Source: Heteronotia binoei (Eukaryota). From it: a DNA stretch of 64,000 bases. The first letter of the stretch is position 1, and the number at the start of each line of letters is the position of its first letter. Made by a program: the position numbers and the translations under genes. The notes under the pieces are model-generated. The model saw only the letters and a program-made list of their open reading frames with translations. It had not been told where the DNA came from and searched no databases. Positions 61,021 to 64,000 of the stretch are shown here, piece by piece. Location: positions 75,206,001 to 75,270,000 of the forward strand of contig NC_083224.1 of the NCBI RefSeq assembly GCF_032191835.1, given 5' to 3'.

Positions 61021-62210
61021 TCCTAACAGTATAAATTACGGTAACTCTCTTTCACTGAAGGCCAGTTCTCATTTAGTATCTTACTCCCACCCTATGAGCT
61101 GTCCCTGGAAATTACTACCATGAAAATCTGTCAGCAGTTCATTTTCAGAGGGGAGGGTTGCTCCTGTTCTGGCCTGCAGATGTAAGCACAGCTCTGCAGC
61201 AACTCAAAGCAACAGAAGGGATGATGCTAGAAGGAAAGAGGTGAGATGAACACAGTTTTTACCACACCCCAAGAATTCAGGCTACTAGTAATGGGTCTTA
61301 AAACCACCAATGGCCCACTGGCAGTAAAACCTCTTCCCCAGAAGCGGCTGTCAGGAGAAACAGAGGATATAGTAAATAGGAATACTTGGAGTCACAGGTC
61401 TTACTTGTTGCCCCTGGCTGTTGTCTTCTTCCTCTCTGCAGTGGGATATATGTACATGTATGCATAATGGCTGTGACCCAGATCTTTGTGGGACTTTGAG
61501 TTGAGTTCTTCAGTACCGGAGATTCCTATACATGTTGCACTCAAAAGAATGGAGGCATGTCTTCCTTGTGTCTAGTTAAGGGTGTATACTGGAATTTCTG
61601 GGCATTACTTGTTTTGTATTTACAAATGCTACCTTTCTGTGCTTCCACTCATGGGTCATTCAAGATATAAAACAATAAAACAACAGCATTAACTAGCAGC
61701 TTTTAAAACCAGGGTTAGTTAGTGAAACAAAACAAAGGAGCATGCACAGAGACACAAAGACTTTATTGGCTAACTAAAGATTGGGAAGGATTTTTTAAAA
61801 AAAAATTCAGGGTGCATTCACTGAAATGCCCCCATTTCTAGTATACATCTGCTTTAGTTCCAAAGGCGGAAGCACCCAGGAAAGAGCTTTTAGGGACTAT
61901 TTTACCTGCCTTTAGTTACCTTGGTCACAAATCTTGAATTATACCTGGAAACAACTGGGAGTGAAGATGTTTAAGCACTGGATGTTGTGTTAATTGTCAC
62001 AGGTCCCTGTTAACAGCTTGGCTGCTATGTTTAGGACCAGTTGAAGTTTCCAAAGAGCTTTGAAATGCAGCCCATTATATTTTAAAGGGTACTGCATAAG
62101 GGCAGTTATATTTAAAATATCTAATTAAATTATATACTTGGTTAGTAAAACTCACCACAGCCATCAAAATTTCATTCAGATTTAACTACTATGCTTTTTT
62201 GCTTTTTCAG

Positions 62211-62260
62211 GAACAGAAAGGTGGTGGACTATTCACAGTTTCAGGAATCAGATGATGCAG
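62211..62260 (+). CDS. NUCKS1: NUCKS1 coding exon 2 (gene continues beyond the window)
   Basis: tttttcag|G AAC...GCA G|gtaac; 50 nt; (R)NRKVVDYSQFQESDDA. Confidence 0.95.
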
Positions 62261-64000
62261 GTAACTATTGATCTTGATGGGAAAATATTGAGACTCTTTG
62301 TAGCTATTCAGTATAGTTTTGAAATACTCTTCTTTGTTGTGCTGCTCCTTGCAGATTTTTTTGTTGGAAAACAGACATGGTGCTGTCTAGTAGATGAAGT
62401 TGTGATAATTAGTGAAAACAAAATATGGTGCAGTCTTGTGTGCAATTTGAATGCAGGCTTATTAGCCAAGTTGTTTGTTTATAATGCATGCAAGGCAAAT
62501 GCCAATTTGTTAGAAACAAAAGAACTTGGTGGGACATCTAAAGCTAATTAGCTACAACTAGTAGTTAACGTTATGAATTACCATATTTATGTTTTAAAAA
62601 ATAGACAAAGTATAGCAAAACAGCCTTTTTGACAGGAAAGATATTGCAGAGAGAAGGCTTTTGAAATGGAGGGATACAAATCACTAGGTATGTGCTGCCC
62701 AGTAGGAAGAACTGGAAGTTGGTTGCCCTGTTCATGCATATATTCTTCTGTGAAACTGATCTTAATGACTATGTCTGCCCAGCTTTGTCTGACTCCTCAA
62801 AGACCATCTCTTTGTTCATTCATAAGCAAAGGTTGGCTTTCAGGCTAAATATGGCGTGACACAAACCCCCCACCTCCACAGCACTGCCAAGTGGGCTAAA
62901 CTCCAGAAGAGTGGTTGGTTTGGCAGGGGCAAACAAACAGTAGGTTGAAATGTGAGTCCATGCACCTCAGGATATCACTGCCACCAGCCCTTTTTAAAAG
63001 CTACCTGGAAAGCCAGAGACCAAAAGATAAATCTTCTAGCCCTTATCAGGTCTAAACAAGAAACAAATCCTTTAAGATTGTACACTTACAAAGTGAGTCC
63101 CCAAAACAAATCATTTTAGCAGCTGTTAGCCAGTTTGGGCCAAAATACTGGATTTAGATTGAGGCCTCCTGAGTTCATGAATAAACCAAAATGTTATTAA
63201 GGTGATTTACTAAAAAGATGTACAAGAATATACAACAAAAATCTGGGAATAATACAATGAAGTTAGATAGCCAACCTAGATACTTAAAAACAAAGGTCCT
63301 CTAATCTATAGGTTACATAGCAGAAGTCCAAAATCAGCAAGTGTCCAGCCATCATGGCCTGCCCCAATCAAAAATATCCCAAGCAAGGAAGTAAAACTAG
63401 AATGAATAATCTTTCCTTTATGCCTCATGGCACACACTGGTATTATTTAGGCTAACCAATCAGACGTAGGATTACCCAGTGATGTAATCCAACTGAACAT
63501 TTGTCTTATTGATCAGGCGATGCGACCAATCAGGTAAGCTGCCAATTAGTATCTGGTGTTCTGCAGTTACATCAGATCCAATTAACAAGCTCCCATAAAT
63601 CATTGAGTTAAGAAGATGGAGTTTGTAGGCCTGCTTAGGGCAGCAGAGATAACCTGCACCTATGAATGCCTCCTATCCTCCCTCTGAGTCACTGTGAGCT
63701 TGGCCCTGGTGCTCAGAGAGCAAAATATTTCCATGTTCTGTACGCCTTTGTGCCTGAACCAAAGTTTAGTTTGAGCAAGAGACTATGAAAACATCTATCT
63801 CTTATGAAACCCATCTCAAGCATTAATTTCCCCCTTTCATTTGCTTCTTTGCAAAGTTCTCCAAAACAATTTAGAAAATTTTAAAACATTTTACAGAGGG
63901 CAGTTAAAATCAATAAAGTAAACTAGTTCATCAAATCCTATGAAAGTGTTTTATGTATTTCCAACATTTCAGCTACAAGAAGTACTTCATGAAGGTCGGA

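Noticed and set aside
62840-63620. Possible LTR or ERV remnant (repeated CCAATCAG, GGCGTGACA)
   Set aside because: No paired termini, TSD, PBS or coding remnant could be defined.
1-64000. Most of the 60-140 aa ORFs in the supplied track
   Set aside because: They are intronic, UTR or antisense-to-TE frames with no recognisable domain. The real genes are spliced and several true exons are absent from the track.

Overview
Vertebrate genomic DNA. The repeat content (Sauria SINE, Squam3-like SINEs, BovB, CR1, Penelope) points to a squamate, probably a gecko; this is an inference. The window holds three + strand genes in the order of the human PARK16 locus: the last 8 coding exons of SLC41A1 (2009-13569), a complete 5-exon RAB29/RAB7L1 CDS (34696-48325, 205 aa), and the CpG-island promoter and first two coding exons of NUCKS1 (53760-62260). 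All listed exons have GT-AG boundaries and keep reading frame. The SLC41A1-RAB29 interval (about 17-34 kb) is a stack of partly nested transposons: a young CR1, a young RTE with a 12-bp TSD, hAT MITEs, an L1, and a BovB interrupted by a solo LTR. Four observations stand out. (1) A minimal hammerhead ribozyme with an intact core lies on the sense strand of a RAB29 intron, inside a Penelope-like fragment. (2) Penelope-derived complementary 45-mers flank a frame-preserving RAB29 exon. (3) An L1 bounded by a TSD keeps both termini but lacks ORF1, EN and RT, so it may belong to a non-autonomous family. (4) SLC41A1 carries a Gly where human has a conserved Asp. No tRNA, rRNA or CRISPR features were seen. 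Repeat family names come from motif recognition, not database searches.
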